Positions 19,426 through 29,707 of a stretch of DNA of 64,000 nt are shown here, piece after piece. Source of the DNA: Dehalococcoidia bacterium (GTDB lineage Bacteria; Chloroflexota; Dehalococcoidia; Lucifugimonadales; GCA-2712585). Below the pieces are notes generated by a model, which was given only the letters and a program-made list of their open reading frames with translations, searched no databases and was not told the DNA's origin. The stretch is from NCBI GenBank assembly GCA_965221895.1, contig CBDCSX010000002.1:1595366-1659365 (forward strand), in the 5' to 3' direction. Within the stretch, counting starts at the first letter, position 1, and every line of letters begins with the position of its first letter. The position numbers were made by a program, and so were the translations under genes.

Positions 19426-20637
19426 TTACGATATCTGATACTTGCCAATGGCGTTGAAATCTATCTGTACCCAAGCCTCTGCCCGCTTTTCAAAGACAAC
19501 CTTGATGAATCCCAATTCTCCCAATCTATTGAGTTCTCTTATGATGGTTCGGACAGTCACTTCTCGATAGGCGGCTCTCACGAAGGCAGATTCCAACGCC
19601 TCGTGTAGAGCGACTTTACGGGACGGACTCTCATCAAACGGGTCTTCCGGCTCCGTCTCATCCAAGAGAAATTGCAACAGTTGAACTTCCCTATCGTTCA
19701 ACAAACGACGTCGAGGGCTGACCTTTCTGTTGTGACTGGCCACCAGCATTTGCCTATACATTACCCTGTTTAGCTTGGTCTTGACGAAGTTGTTTATGCC
19801 CATAAGTTCTTCCAAGAACCCCTCTACACCAAACTGTATGAAGGCAGTCACGTTCATCTTGGGCGCCGTACGTCTGGCCTCATTCAGGCGAACCCTATAC
19901 CTGTCCGCGTTCCTGTAAAAGAAGTTGGACAACCCATAGAATCCGTGCACGTTGTACCCGTGTTGGAACAGTATTCCGGCCTCCAGTAGCCTGGAAACCC
20001 TGCCGTTGCCGTCACCAAAAGGATGAATGGTCACTAAGAAAAAGTGCGCCAGCAGGGCTTGAATAACCGGCATCTCAGATGGCAATCTTCCGGAGTTCAG
20101 GAAGGACACGAATTCTTCCATCATCCGGGGCAAGTCGTTGTGAGACGCGCCCCAATGAATCCCGCCGAGATCCGGTGCACCCACCCTAACGGGATTATTC
20201 CGCAGCGCGCCGGGCACGTTATCTTTCTCGTCCGAACCCTGGGTAAGCAGCCTATGCATCGTCAGGATGTCGCCCATGCTCACTGGCGACGAACCCGGGG
20301 CGAACCGGTCTTTGACCCAGTCCTGCCCTCTGGCAGCATTGGCTATCTGCGTTATCTCGCGTGACTTATCCGTTGGCGACACGGCCGCCTCCCGTTCGAT
20401 CCGCTCTATTTGCACCTGAACTTCGGTCTCCGACAGAGGGTTGCCTTCAATGGCCGTCGTCCCATGGACGGCCCGCACCTTATTCAACCTGTCCAGTTGC
20501 TTAACCCATTCTGGGGCTAGGACCAAGTGGCTCGCCGACTGTCTATGGGCCTCAATGCTAATCACCGTATTGAATAATGCGCTGCCCTCCAAGTAGTAAT
20601 CAAAGCCAAACCGTTCCCAGAAATTCTTCGAGTCCAA
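19426..20637 (-). CDS. Fic/DOC family protein (AMPylation-type) with a C-terminal winged-helix-like extension
   Basis: Fic motif 'HPFGDGNGRVSRLL'. The locus is lower in GC. Confidence 0.8.
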   Translation of the reverse strand: MDSKNFWERFGFDYYLEGSALFNTVISIEAHRQSASHLVLAPEWVKQLDRLNKVRAVHGTTAIEGNPLSETEVQVQIERIEREAAVSPTDKSREITQIANAARGQDWVKDRFAPGSSPVSMGDILTMHRLLTQGSDEKDNVPGALRNNPVRVGAPDLGGIHWGASHNDLPRMMEEFVSFLNSGRLPSEMPVIQALLAHFFLVTIHPFGDGNGRVSRLLEAGILFQHGYNVHGFYGLSNFFYRNADRYRVRLNEARRTAPKMNVTAFIQFGVEGFLEELMGINNFVKTKLNRVMYRQMLVASHNRKVSPRRRLLNDREVQLLQFLLDETEPEDPFDESPSRKVALHEALESAFVRAAYREVTVRTIIRELNRLGELGFIKVVFEKRAEAWVQIDFNAIGKYQIS

Positions 20638-20649
20638 AGTACCACCCCC

Positions 20650-20812
20650 CCATTTGACAGCTTATTTGACACGCTATTTGGCACTGGACAAAGTGTCTTT
20701 CATAGCTGATTCATAGCTAAACCATACCATAATTCGGCATCACTAGTTATTTGACGTCACGTTATTTGACAGATTATTTGGCACGCTATTTGACACGTAT
20801 TCTTAGGCACAC
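20650..20812. promoter_or_regulatory. Iteron-like array of 8 copies of TATTTGRCAC at ~11-13-bp spacing, in clusters of 3 and 5, between the divergent fic and aminotransferase genes
   Basis: Read directly: atttgacagc / ttatttgacacgc / tatttggcactgg ... ttatttgacgtcacg / ttatttgacagat / tatttggcacgc / tatttgacacg / tattcttaggcacac. Confidence 0.5.
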
Positions 20813-20955
20813 TTTCATGCCCCCAATCGTAAGCGTAACTTTAGACGGCTTTCTTGACGCGCTCGATTTCGTCCCTCAAAAATCCCCACTGGTTGACAAG
20901 CACGTTGGCTACACCTTTATAATGCCGTTATCCTACGGATTCTGGAGGATTCATT

Positions 20956-21870
20956 ATGGCCGAAGAGATTATTGCCTATTTTAATGGTGAGTGGATTCCA
21001 AAAAGCGAATGCAAGATAAGCATGGACAACAGGGGCTTCCGCCTCGGTGACGCCGTCTTCGAGGTGGACCGCACCTATGGCGGCAAGTTCTTCAACATGG
21101 ACGATCACATGGACCGCCTCTTCCGCTCCCTCAAGTACACCCGCATCGACCCCGGCATCTCCCGGGATGAGATGAAGCAGATTACCAGCGAAGCCGTGGA
21201 GCGCAACTGGCACCTGGTGCCTGAGGGCAGTGACATGAACGTGCGGCAGATGATCACCCGCGGCGAGGGATCCAGCGTCAACGACGGCTCCCCCGCAACG
21301 GTGTTCGTCACCGCCTACCCCATGGGCTTCGACCGCTACGCCCATATCTACGATGAAGGCGCCCACGTGGTCTTCGCCCGCACCCGCTCATACCATCCCG
21401 ACTCCCTTGACCCCAAGGTCAAGCACGTCAGCCGAATGAACTTCGTTCTGGCGGAGTTGGAAGCGTCCGACGTGGACCCGGATTCGTGGCCCGTCCTCCT
21501 CGACCTGGACGGCAACATCTCCGAGGGCACCGGCTTCAACTTCTGGATTGTCACCGACGGCAAGCTCCGCACCGCCGGAGACCGCACCCTTCTTCAGGGA
21601 GTCTCCCGAAAGACCCTCCTGAGTCTGGCCGACGAGTTGGACATACCCGTCGAACTGGATGACATCCAGCTTTACGACGCCTACACGGCCGACGAAGCTT
21701 TCGTTTCCGGCACCAGCCACTGCCTGCTCCCTGTCTCCAAGCTCGACAACCGGCCCATTGACGGGGACGTGCCCGGACCGGTGGTCTCGCGGCTATTGGC
21801 CGCCTGGAGCGAACGGGTAAGCGTGGACCTCGTCGGCCAAGCCCAGGCCCAGGCCGGCATCTCCAGCTAG
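20956..21870 (+). CDS. Class IV (branched-chain / D-amino-acid) aminotransferase family protein
   Basis: Length and class IV fold motifs ('FEVDRTYGGKFF', 'EGTGFNFW'). Confidence 0.65.
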   Translation: MAEEIIAYFNGEWIPKSECKISMDNRGFRLGDAVFEVDRTYGGKFFNMDDHMDRLFRSLKYTRIDPGISRDEMKQITSEAVERNWHLVPEGSDMNVRQMITRGEGSSVNDGSPATVFVTAYPMGFDRYAHIYDEGAHVVFARTRSYHPDSLDPKVKHVSRMNFVLAELEASDVDPDSWPVLLDLDGNISEGTGFNFWIVTDGKLRTAGDRTLLQGVSRKTLLSLADELDIPVELDDIQLYDAYTADEAFVSGTSHCLLPVSKLDNRPIDGDVPGPVVSRLLAAWSERVSVDLVGQAQAQAGISS

Positions 21871-21963
21871 ACGGATCCAGGCTCCCAAGACGACATACAC
21901 GTCCGGGCCGAAAACTTCGGCCCGGACGTTCGAAATCCGAATTAAGATTACGGAGGACTTTTT

Positions 21964-22890
21964 ATGCGTAAAATGACCCTAGGCAGGACCAACTACCAGG
22001 TAACCCAGCTGGGCTACGGCGCCTTAGAGGTGCGCGGCACGAGCCAGGATGACGACCGGGGCCGGATGCCCAACGAGGATCGGGCAGACCAGATCCTCAA
22101 CGCCGTGCTGGACTCCGGCATCAACTTCATCGACACCGCCTGGTGCTACGGCCGGAGCGAAGAGATGATGGGTAAGTACATTAACAAGCGTCGCGACGAA
22201 TACGTCCTTGCCGCCAAGACGGGCCATGGACGTTGCAGCGCCGACAACTTCGCCAGCTACAACCGCAAGGACATGCTGGAATGCCTGGAGGAGAGCCTTC
22301 GCAACCTGGGCACCGACCACCTGGACATTGTACAGCTGCACAACCCGACGGCGGAGGACGTGGAGGAGAACGGCTCCATCGAGACACTACAGGAGATAAA
22401 GGCCCGCGGCCTGACCAAGTTCATCGGCGTATCCAGCGTACTTCCCCACCTGGAGAAACACCTGGCCACGGGGGTCTACGACGTGTTCCAGATTCCCTAC
22501 TCGGCGCTGGAGCCGGACCACCACGACATTATCACGAAGATTGCCGAGGCGGGCGGCGGCACCATCATACGTGGCGGAGTCGCCAAGGGCGAACCCGGGG
22601 CCGGCGCGGGCGCCGACGGCCGAGTTCACAGCAGTGGCGGCAAGCGATGGGACGCCTTCGAGGAGGCGAACCTGGATGAACTGCGCGAGGATGGGGAGTC
22701 CCGTACCGCTTTTCTGCTCAGATTCACCATGTCACACCCGCACGCCCACACCATCATTGTCGGCACACAGAACCCGGCGCACCTGAGCGAGAACGTGGCG
22801 GTGGCCGCCCGGGGTCCCCTCGCCGATGACGTGTACGCAGAGGCGAAGAAGCGGTTAGCGACCATAGGGTTGGTGCACGGCAGCCAGTAG
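21964..22890 (+). CDS. Aldo/keto reductase
   Basis: 'LGYGALEVRG', 'IDTAWCYG' and 'LQEIKARGLTKFIGVS' AKR signatures. Confidence 0.8.
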   Translation: MRKMTLGRTNYQVTQLGYGALEVRGTSQDDDRGRMPNEDRADQILNAVLDSGINFIDTAWCYGRSEEMMGKYINKRRDEYVLAAKTGHGRCSADNFASYNRKDMLECLEESLRNLGTDHLDIVQLHNPTAEDVEENGSIETLQEIKARGLTKFIGVSSVLPHLEKHLATGVYDVFQIPYSALEPDHHDIITKIAEAGGGTIIRGGVAKGEPGAGAGADGRVHSSGGKRWDAFEEANLDELREDGESRTAFLLRFTMSHPHAHTIIVGTQNPAHLSENVAVAARGPLADDVYAEAKKRLATIGLVHGSQ

Positions 22891-22976
22891 CCAGAGGTTG
22901 CCATAGGAACACAACGAATCCGCTGGGGGCGACATGTGAACCATCTCCTCTCCTTACACCGCAAACGCAATAATTC

Positions 22977-23456
22977 ATGAGGAGGCCACAGAGCATCGAA
23001 AACCCAGAGGATGCGCCTAATGAATCCATCTGGAGCGCCCTCGCGGAAACCAAACATTGGTACCTCGGATTCTTCACACTCCTAGCGACTTCTGGAGAGA
23101 TCATCGTAATTGCTGGAGAAATTGGACAACACCAAGGTATAATGGAAACGTGGCGCGCCGTCATGGGCCCTTCCGCCGACGTAATGGCCACCTCTGCCGG
23201 CGCAGCCTACGCCCTAACAGAAATCGGGAGAAACTCAGTGGTTATAGCCAAGTCCTTGGAAAAGTGGCTCGAAGACCGGCGCAAGAGACGACTTGAAGCC
23301 GCCCGCGAAGTCGCCCGCAAAGAGGGGCTCCAGGAGGGACGCCAAGAGGGTCGGGTGGAAGAGCGCGAGTTTTGGCTAGAATGGTTGGCCCGGCGCGAAG
23401 AAGCTGAAGCCCGCGGCAAAACTTTCAACGAACCGCCCCCCAATGGCAAACTCTAG
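22977..23456 (+). CDS. Hypothetical protein with a charged coiled-coil C-terminus
   Basis: ORF only. Confidence 0.3.
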   Translation: MRRPQSIENPEDAPNESIWSALAETKHWYLGFFTLLATSGEIIVIAGEIGQHQGIMETWRAVMGPSADVMATSAGAAYALTEIGRNSVVIAKSLEKWLEDRRKRRLEAAREVARKEGLQEGRQEGRVEEREFWLEWLARREEAEARGKTFNEPPPNGKL

Positions 23457-23524
23457 CCTCCCCTTAGGGGCGATTAGCGAAACACCCCTACCAGAGTGAC
23501 GTAGTTTGTGTTTCGGCCAGTGGT

Positions 23525-24091
23525 TCAGGCCCGGGGCGTTAGCTCCGAGACTTCCACTCCCGTAAGGACTGCAACCACCGGGTCGGCCAACTGGCCGGCC
23601 CGTTCCTTTATCCCGTCCCGGTCCAGCGTTCCCACCGGGTGGTGGGTGTAGACCACCGGAAAGTTGGGCGCGCCCCATGTCTCCGCCATGCCGGTAGCCG
23701 TAACCTCAAACCGGTCGGTGCAAATTACCGCTGCGGGGATGCCTGCCTTCTCCACGTGAATTCCGTCGTGCACACTGCACGCGCTGCAGGACCCTCAATC
23801 ACCCACCGCGACAATTGCTCCGTCGCATTCCTTGGCCATCCGCTCCACAATCTGCGGGTCTGCCGGTTTCGAGGCGGAGGGCTTGCGATGGTACATCACC
23901 ACTGAAGTCTCGAACCGGTCTTCCAGAATGGACGCCAGGTCCTCCAGAAGCTCCTTGGCGTTTGTCTTGCTGTCGTCAATGAGGCCAATCCGCTTGCCCC
24001 TAATATCCAGAAGCCTTGGCGCAAAGCTGAAGCTTGCCACCAGGGGTTGCGTCGTGGGATCCACCAGTTCATAGCCGCCGTTCTTCGTCAT
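23525..24091 (-). CDS. UGSC-family selenoprotein. It forms a single gene with an in-frame UGA (Sec) at 23795-23797; the ORF track split it into ORFs of 98 and 82 aa.
   Basis: Minus-strand read across the junction: '...AIVAVGD-TGA-GSCSACSVHDGIHVEK...' gives the U-G-S-C motif. A hairpin 'cctgcagcgcgtgcagtg' begins 3 nt after the UGA and is SECIS-like. Confidence 0.7.
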
Positions 24092-24191
24092 AACACGCTC
24101 CTTCTGCCGCTGTTAGATATAAATGGGCGAGACCATCGGGGCGGTCTTCGCTGAATATGTTCTTGAATAGACTCTCCTGTGCTTTAGGGCA

Positions 24192-25265
24192 TCAGCCGGA
24201 GGGCCACTGCACCCTGCGGGTCACCGATTCCGAGGAGACCCTAGGCCCCCAGCTTGGAATCACCGCCATGTGGGAGGACTCCGCGCCGCCCGCGAACACA
24301 ACCATTATATCTTCCGGCGAGAGAATAAGCTTCAGATACTTCTGCTCGTCGTCGGCAGTTATGTTTCCTTCCAGCATACCGCCGCGCTTCAGGTCGGCCA
24401 ACGACCGTTTTAGCCTTGGGTGCAAGTAGCGCCGGATGTCGTCCTTCGTCCAATCCTCCCAAACGTCGCTTGTGCCGGCAAACACCACTACCACCTCCCC
24501 TTGGCGCACCACGGTGGAGGTGTCGCCAACGGAACCGGCGGAGGCCATGGACGTGCCCAGGCTGGAGATAACGTCGGCGGCGGAGTAGAGCATCGTCTCC
24601 GGGCGGTTGCTGGCCCGCACCTGACGCGGCCCCTCGCAGGCGAAGACCGTGACGGCGCTGTCCTCCCGGTCGAAGCCCCGCTCCACATGAAGCGGCGTCC
24701 AAGAGGTTCCCGCCTCGTTCTCGGCGATGCAGTAGCTGAACTTACCCGGATGCCCCAGGATTGTGCGGTCGAAAAGGCCCGGTATTGCGGCACAGGTGTT
24801 CATCAGGATGAGCCGGACGGCCCGCCCGATGGTGGAGTTGGCGCGATTGCCGGGGCCAAACAGGTTGTTGCGGCTGTTGATGCCCAGGGCAGGGACTACC
24901 GGGCCGTTGAGAATAACGAGAATGGCGGCCCCGCCGAGGCTGGACGACGGGCCGATGAGGTTGAACGCCGGGTCCAGTATTGCCTCCGCCGTCGCGAGCA
25001 CCACCGGGAAGTATTCCGGCTTGCAGCCCGCCATCACCGCGTTGGCGGCCACCTTCCCTACGGTAACCTCTCGACGACGCTCCGGCAGGCCGCCAATGAC
25101 CTCATCCGGCGGTCGGTTGCCAACGGACAGGAACTCATTCACCCGCTGCAGCGTGGGCGGCACTACGGGTAGGCCATCCGTCCAGCCCAAGGCGTAACAC
25201 TGCTCGACGGCCTCTACAGGGTCGTTCCATTGAGACTGTACCAGGGAACCCAAACCGGAGGTCAT
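24192..25265 (-). CDS. Hypothetical protein of unidentified family, adjacent to the selenoprotein
   Basis: 357-aa ORF, Gly/Ser-rich, with no motif I can name with confidence. Confidence 0.4.
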   Translation of the reverse strand: MTSGLGSLVQSQWNDPVEAVEQCYALGWTDGLPVVPPTLQRVNEFLSVGNRPPDEVIGGLPERRREVTVGKVAANAVMAGCKPEYFPVVLATAEAILDPAFNLIGPSSSLGGAAILVILNGPVVPALGINSRNNLFGPGNRANSTIGRAVRLILMNTCAAIPGLFDRTILGHPGKFSYCIAENEAGTSWTPLHVERGFDREDSAVTVFACEGPRQVRASNRPETMLYSAADVISSLGTSMASAGSVGDTSTVVRQGEVVVVFAGTSDVWEDWTKDDIRRYLHPRLKRSLADLKRGGMLEGNITADDEQKYLKLILSPEDIMVVFAGGAESSHMAVIPSWGPRVSSESVTRRVQWPSG

Positions 25266-25296
25266 TTTTCTTTCCCTTTCGAAGCGTCCAAATTTC

Positions 25297-25704
25297 TCAT
25301 TGTCCTACGGTGGAAGCGCCGGCGGAGGAGATCTCCTCGTCCTCTTCGCCCGACCCGCCGGCGGTCCCGACGGCCCCGACGAGAACGCCACCCTTAAAGA
25401 CGGGCATGGCCCCCTGTTGGGGCATGAAGCGACCATGGTGCATCTGCTGCAGCCCGTGAGCCACAGGGCGGGCAGCGCGCTCCAGCAGCTCGCCGCTGGG
25501 CACGCCCTCGTAGGCGACGGTAGACACGGCCTTGCCCCGGCTGCTCTCGGTCCACCACCAGATAGCACCGTCCATCCTTGCGGCGGCCACCAGGTCGCCA
25601 CGGGCGTCCACGACGGAGACGGCAACGACGAGGTTGAGGCTGCGGGCCTTGTCGAAAGCCGCTTCCAGGATGTTCATTCCATCTTGCAGGGTGATGCCGG
25701 ACAT
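25297..25704 (-). CDS. GlcG/HbpS-family heme-binding protein (DUF336)
   Basis: 'VVAVSVVDARGDLVAAARMDGA...GAVGTAGGSGEEDEEI' DUF336 pattern. Confidence 0.7.
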   Translation of the reverse strand: MSGITLQDGMNILEAAFDKARSLNLVVAVSVVDARGDLVAAARMDGAIWWWTESSRGKAVSTVAYEGVPSGELLERAARPVAHGLQQMHHGRFMPQQGAMPVFKGGVLVGAVGTAGGSGEEDEEISSAGASTVGQ

Positions 25705-25777
25705 ACTTTGTCTCCGTCGCTAGGGTTTGGGGTCAGAATAGCGTAAGGGGGACAGAGTGGTCAAACGGGGGGGGCTA

Positions 25778-27835
25778 TCAATAGACCGGGACAGTGTACT
25801 CGTGGTAGCGCACGGGGCCGAAGTGGGCCTGGTTGACCTCGTATCCCTCAACGAAGCCCGGGTTGTAGACTGCTTTCTCAAATACCCACAAAAGGGGAAT
25901 GCTCAGGAACTCATCATGCCAAAAATCGCCGAGTTCTTGAATTAATTTTTTCCGCTCCATAGGATCGGCCACGGTGTCAAAATGTTCCTTCCACTCGGTG
26001 ATGAAGGGCAATTCGTAGTATGGCCTGATGCTTTTCCGCCACAGGAATCCCATGCCCGCTGAGGGCAACTGCGGCGACCAACGAACCAAAAAAATGGTTC
26101 CGTTCAACGCGCGATTCATCAGCCCCTCCTGAACAAGTGAGTGCTCAGTAACCGTCAGGAAAGCGTTTATGCCGATCTCTTGCCACATTTCAGCAATCGC
26201 AAGCGTAACTTCGGGAATTTCCGGTGTCCCTCTCAGGTTCGATGAAGCAAAAAGGTCCAGACTGAAGCCATCAGGATAGCCGGCTTCAAGCAATAGTTCC
26301 CGGGCTTTTTCCGGATCGTAAGGATAGGGCCAGCCGCCATCTGCACCAGTCTTGCCATCGGGCCCAGGAATGGGCGCCCATTCATCTTTGAAGGAATCCC
26401 GCCACTCGGCCATGTGGGAGACGGCGCTGGGTATTGCGTCTCCACCAAAGAACGTGTCATTGATGTAGTTCCGGTCGATAGAGTAATTGAGCGCCTGTCT
26501 AACTAACTTGTTCCGGGTGGGTGCATTCTCACTATAGTTGGGTGTAGGTGTGCCATCCAGTGCCTCGGGCAGGTACCAGGGAATGACCCCCCATAGGTGG
26601 AAGCCAGGCAGAGTGCTTTTGGCAATCTCCAAGCCATATTCTTCAGTCCGATCGAACACTTCCCTTGGAAGCTGGCTAATGTGGGACTCTCCGGTTATTG
26701 TCATAGCCAGGACTAATGCAGGCTCTTGGATCCAAAGGAACTGAAGCTCGCGGAAGTCCGGTTCCTTCCGGTAGTGCCCCACGTTCCTTTCCAGCAGGAA
26801 GTGCTCGTTGCGGATGTACTCCACGAAGCTAAATGCCCCTGTTCCAATAGGGTGGTTGGTGTAACCATCCTCGCCGCCTACGTCGTCCCAGTAGTCTTTA
26901 CTGATGAGCCCGAAGGTCCAGTCCTCTGAAAGGTAAATGTGGGCGTCCGGATGGACGAAGTCCAAATTCCAGGTAACGGCGTTACCTTCAAGCACAATAT
27001 CTTCACCACTTTCGAGCCATGGCCTCCACGTGCCGGTGTTATTGGCCCGATCTGATTCTATTCCAGCCTGCAAGAGCCATGTCCACCGAACATCTTCTGG
27101 TGAGACCACGTACTCGCTTGACTTACCCTTCATGTAGTAGGGAATGTTCTCTTTGAGGTGGAAAGTCCACTTCCTGGCATCATCACTGACGGACCAAGCC
27201 TCTGCGAGGTGGGTATTTTCTACCGCTCCGGTCTTACGATTCACGCCCACCAGATAGTCATAGAGATTGTGGAGAGGCCCGCTGGAACTCTGGAATGTCA
27301 TGTAAGGGAGTCTCACTTGATGGGTAGGCGGCGGCATCGCTATCTTCAGCCTGGGGTCCAAGGGGATAAGCTGGGTTGTAGGGGAGGTTGGCGTAGGGAT
27401 GGGCGTGGCAGTCGGCGGCGCTGCTTCTGAGGGCGTAGGCATCGGACTGGCTGCGGGCGTAGCACTTGGGGTTTCTGTGGGGACGGGTGTTGGTAGCGAT
27501 GTCGGCCTCGCTGTAAGGATTGGCGTGGGAACTTGTCTCTCATTAGGCACCGATGTGGCGATAGGCGTTGGTGAAGGAGTCGGCCGCGTTGTCGGTGTGA
27601 CTGTAGGTACCGGCCTCGCCATAGGGACAGGAGTGGGAATAGATCCAGACGTTTGTGGCAAATCGTCTTCTGTCCCACACCCAGTGGCAACCAACATCAC
27701 TGCTAATACTACACCGAGAGAAAAGGCCAACCTGGTGACGTGGGACGATTGCTCACGAATGAATATGACTAGCTCAATTAAGAACACCAACTTATAATTA
27801 GAAGTTGGCGAAATTCTGAAGGGATTCATAGGCAT
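25778..27835 (-). CDS. ABC transporter substrate-binding protein, family 5 (peptide/oligopeptide type), a lipoprotein with a Pro/Thr linker. The start is uncertain; the ORF runs to 27946.
   Basis: Lipobox 'LVATGC', PT-rich linker, and SBP_bac_5-type body. Confidence 0.7.
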   Translation of the reverse strand: MPMNPFRISPTSNYKLVFLIELVIFIREQSSHVTRLAFSLGVVLAVMLVATGCGTEDDLPQTSGSIPTPVPMARPVPTVTPTTRPTPSPTPIATSVPNERQVPTPILTARPTSLPTPVPTETPSATPAASPMPTPSEAAPPTATPIPTPTSPTTQLIPLDPRLKIAMPPPTHQVRLPYMTFQSSSGPLHNLYDYLVGVNRKTGAVENTHLAEAWSVSDDARKWTFHLKENIPYYMKGKSSEYVVSPEDVRWTWLLQAGIESDRANNTGTWRPWLESGEDIVLEGNAVTWNLDFVHPDAHIYLSEDWTFGLISKDYWDDVGGEDGYTNHPIGTGAFSFVEYIRNEHFLLERNVGHYRKEPDFRELQFLWIQEPALVLAMTITGESHISQLPREVFDRTEEYGLEIAKSTLPGFHLWGVIPWYLPEALDGTPTPNYSENAPTRNKLVRQALNYSIDRNYINDTFFGGDAIPSAVSHMAEWRDSFKDEWAPIPGPDGKTGADGGWPYPYDPEKARELLLEAGYPDGFSLDLFASSNLRGTPEIPEVTLAIAEMWQEIGINAFLTVTEHSLVQEGLMNRALNGTIFLVRWSPQLPSAGMGFLWRKSIRPYYELPFITEWKEHFDTVADPMERKKLIQELGDFWHDEFLSIPLLWVFEKAVYNPGFVEGYEVNQAHFGPVRYHEYTVPVY

Positions 27836-27973
27836 TGCCTGTAGGGGAACGGAATTTCTTGTCGACGTAGTATACAATACGCACATCAGAATGCAACTCG
27901 GTACGAAGTCAAGGGACGACAAACCCCGGCAAGCATTACTCACCATTTATAACCACCGCAAGGAGATTCTCCT

Positions 27974-29554
27974 ATGGCAGATGTTATTATTCGAAACGGT
28001 AGAATTATTGATGGGGCGGGGAACCCCTGGTATCACGGCGACGTGGCAGTCTCGGGCGGGGTAATATCAGCCGTTGGGGAGGTAATGGAGTCCGCGCCGA
28101 CGATCATCGACGCTCAGGGTCTCTGCGTCTGTCCTGGCTTCATCGACATGCACTCCCACCCGGACCTTACGCTCTTCTACAAGGACGTGGAGGACTACAA
28201 GCTGCGGCAGGGGGTCACCACGGAGGTCGGCGGCAACTGCGGGTTCACCGCCGCGCCCCTCAGCGACGCCACCGCCGACGACCTTCAGAGTTATACCGCC
28301 TTCATCACGCCTCCCAGTGGGGTAACGTGGGACTGGCGCACCTTCAGCGAATACCTGAATGCGGTGGAAGAGTCCCGCCCCGCCACCAACCTGGCGCCCC
28401 TGGTCGGCCAGGGAACTGTTCGAATCGCGGTTATGGGCTTCGACGAGCGCGCGCCAACGCCCGACGAGCTTCGAGAGATGCAAGCTCTTGTCCAAGAGGC
28501 CATGGAAGCCGGCTCTTTCGGCATCTCAACCGGCCTCATCTACGTCCCGGGGGCCTACGCCGCAACGGAAGAGATTGCCGCTATGGCCCGGGTCGCATCC
28601 CAGTTCGGCGGCTTCTACGCCACTCACATGCGAAACGAGGGCGACGACCTGATGAAGTCCATCGAAGAGACCCTGACCATCGGACGAGAGGCGAACCTGC
28701 CCGTCCAGATATCCCACCACAAGGCCACGGGAAGCGCCAATCACGGCAAGGTTTCCCAGTCTCTGGAACTTATCGGAGAGGCCCGGCGGCAGGGCATGGA
28801 CGTCACCGTGGACCAGTACCCCTACGCCGCCGGCAGCACCACCCTGCAGGCCGTGCTGCCCCCGTGGGCCCAGGAAGGGGGCGTTGACCGGGTGGTAGCC
28901 CGACTTCAAGACCCCGAAACCCGGGCTGTCGTAGAGGAGGAGCTACTCAACGAAAAGGGAGAGACTCGCATCGGCGGCGCACTGGAGAACATCCTAATAA
29001 CCACGGTGAAGTCGGACGCCAACCGCCGGTTCGCCGGCCTTACCATCGGAGAAATCAGCGACCTTCGTAACAGCTCGCCGGTGGATGCCGTCCTTGACCT
29101 GCTGGTGGAGGAACGCTGCGCCGCAGGCATGGTGGTCTTCTCCATGGACGAGGCCGACGTGCGGACGGTGATGGCCAGCCCCCACACCATGATCGGCTCT
29201 GACGGGCTGTTCCAGCTGGGCAACCCCCATCCACGGATCTACGGCACCTATCCCCGCATCCTGGGCCGATATGTTCGGGAGGATGGACTGCTCACCCTGG
29301 AGGAGGCGGTGCGAAAGATGACGTCCTTCCCCGCCCAGCGGCTCGGCCTGCACAACAAGGGGGTGCTGCGTCCGGGGGCCGACGCGGACATCGTGGTCTT
29401 TGACCCCGATACTGTTATCGATCGGGGAACCTTCCGGGACCCCAACCAGTATCCCGTGGGCATCGAATACGTGCTCGTCAACGGATGCGTCAGCGTTTCC
29501 GAGGGGCGGTTTACGGGCGAAACAGCGGGGCAGGTTTTGCGCAAGGGACGGTAG
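27974..29554 (+). CDS. N-acyl-D-amino-acid deacylase (D-aminoacylase), amidohydrolase superfamily
   Basis: 'IIRNGRIIDGAGNPWYHGDVAV..GFIDMHSHPD' and the overall D-aminoacylase architecture. Confidence 0.8.
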   Translation: MADVIIRNGRIIDGAGNPWYHGDVAVSGGVISAVGEVMESAPTIIDAQGLCVCPGFIDMHSHPDLTLFYKDVEDYKLRQGVTTEVGGNCGFTAAPLSDATADDLQSYTAFITPPSGVTWDWRTFSEYLNAVEESRPATNLAPLVGQGTVRIAVMGFDERAPTPDELREMQALVQEAMEAGSFGISTGLIYVPGAYAATEEIAAMARVASQFGGFYATHMRNEGDDLMKSIEETLTIGREANLPVQISHHKATGSANHGKVSQSLELIGEARRQGMDVTVDQYPYAAGSTTLQAVLPPWAQEGGVDRVVARLQDPETRAVVEEELLNEKGETRIGGALENILITTVKSDANRRFAGLTIGEISDLRNSSPVDAVLDLLVEERCAAGMVVFSMDEADVRTVMASPHTMIGSDGLFQLGNPHPRIYGTYPRILGRYVREDGLLTLEEAVRKMTSFPAQRLGLHNKGVLRPGADADIVVFDPDTVIDRGTFRDPNQYPVGIEYVLVNGCVSVSEGRFTGETAGQVLRKGR

Positions 29555-29707
29555 CACCGCCGCGAACTCTCCCTCTCAATTGGCGGACATTTTCATCAAT
29601 ACGACTGCACGCAAACCTTTATAGTTGCGGTATATTGTCATATATTGACATGATTCAACATTTACCGCATCATGGCTTGAAAATCTCTTGCACCGTAGGA
29701 AGCAGTC

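Noticed and set aside
20650-20812. Considered a CRISPR array because of the short direct repeats
   Set aside because: The repeats are only 10 nt with 1-3-nt 'spacers' and there is no leader or cas context. They fit an iteron or operator array better.
29625-29673. sigma70 promoter call upstream of the excisionase-like gene
   Set aside because: A TTGACA is present at 29645-29650 but there is no acceptable -10 at 16-18-nt spacing. Only the AT-rich palindrome TGTCATATATTGACA is noted.
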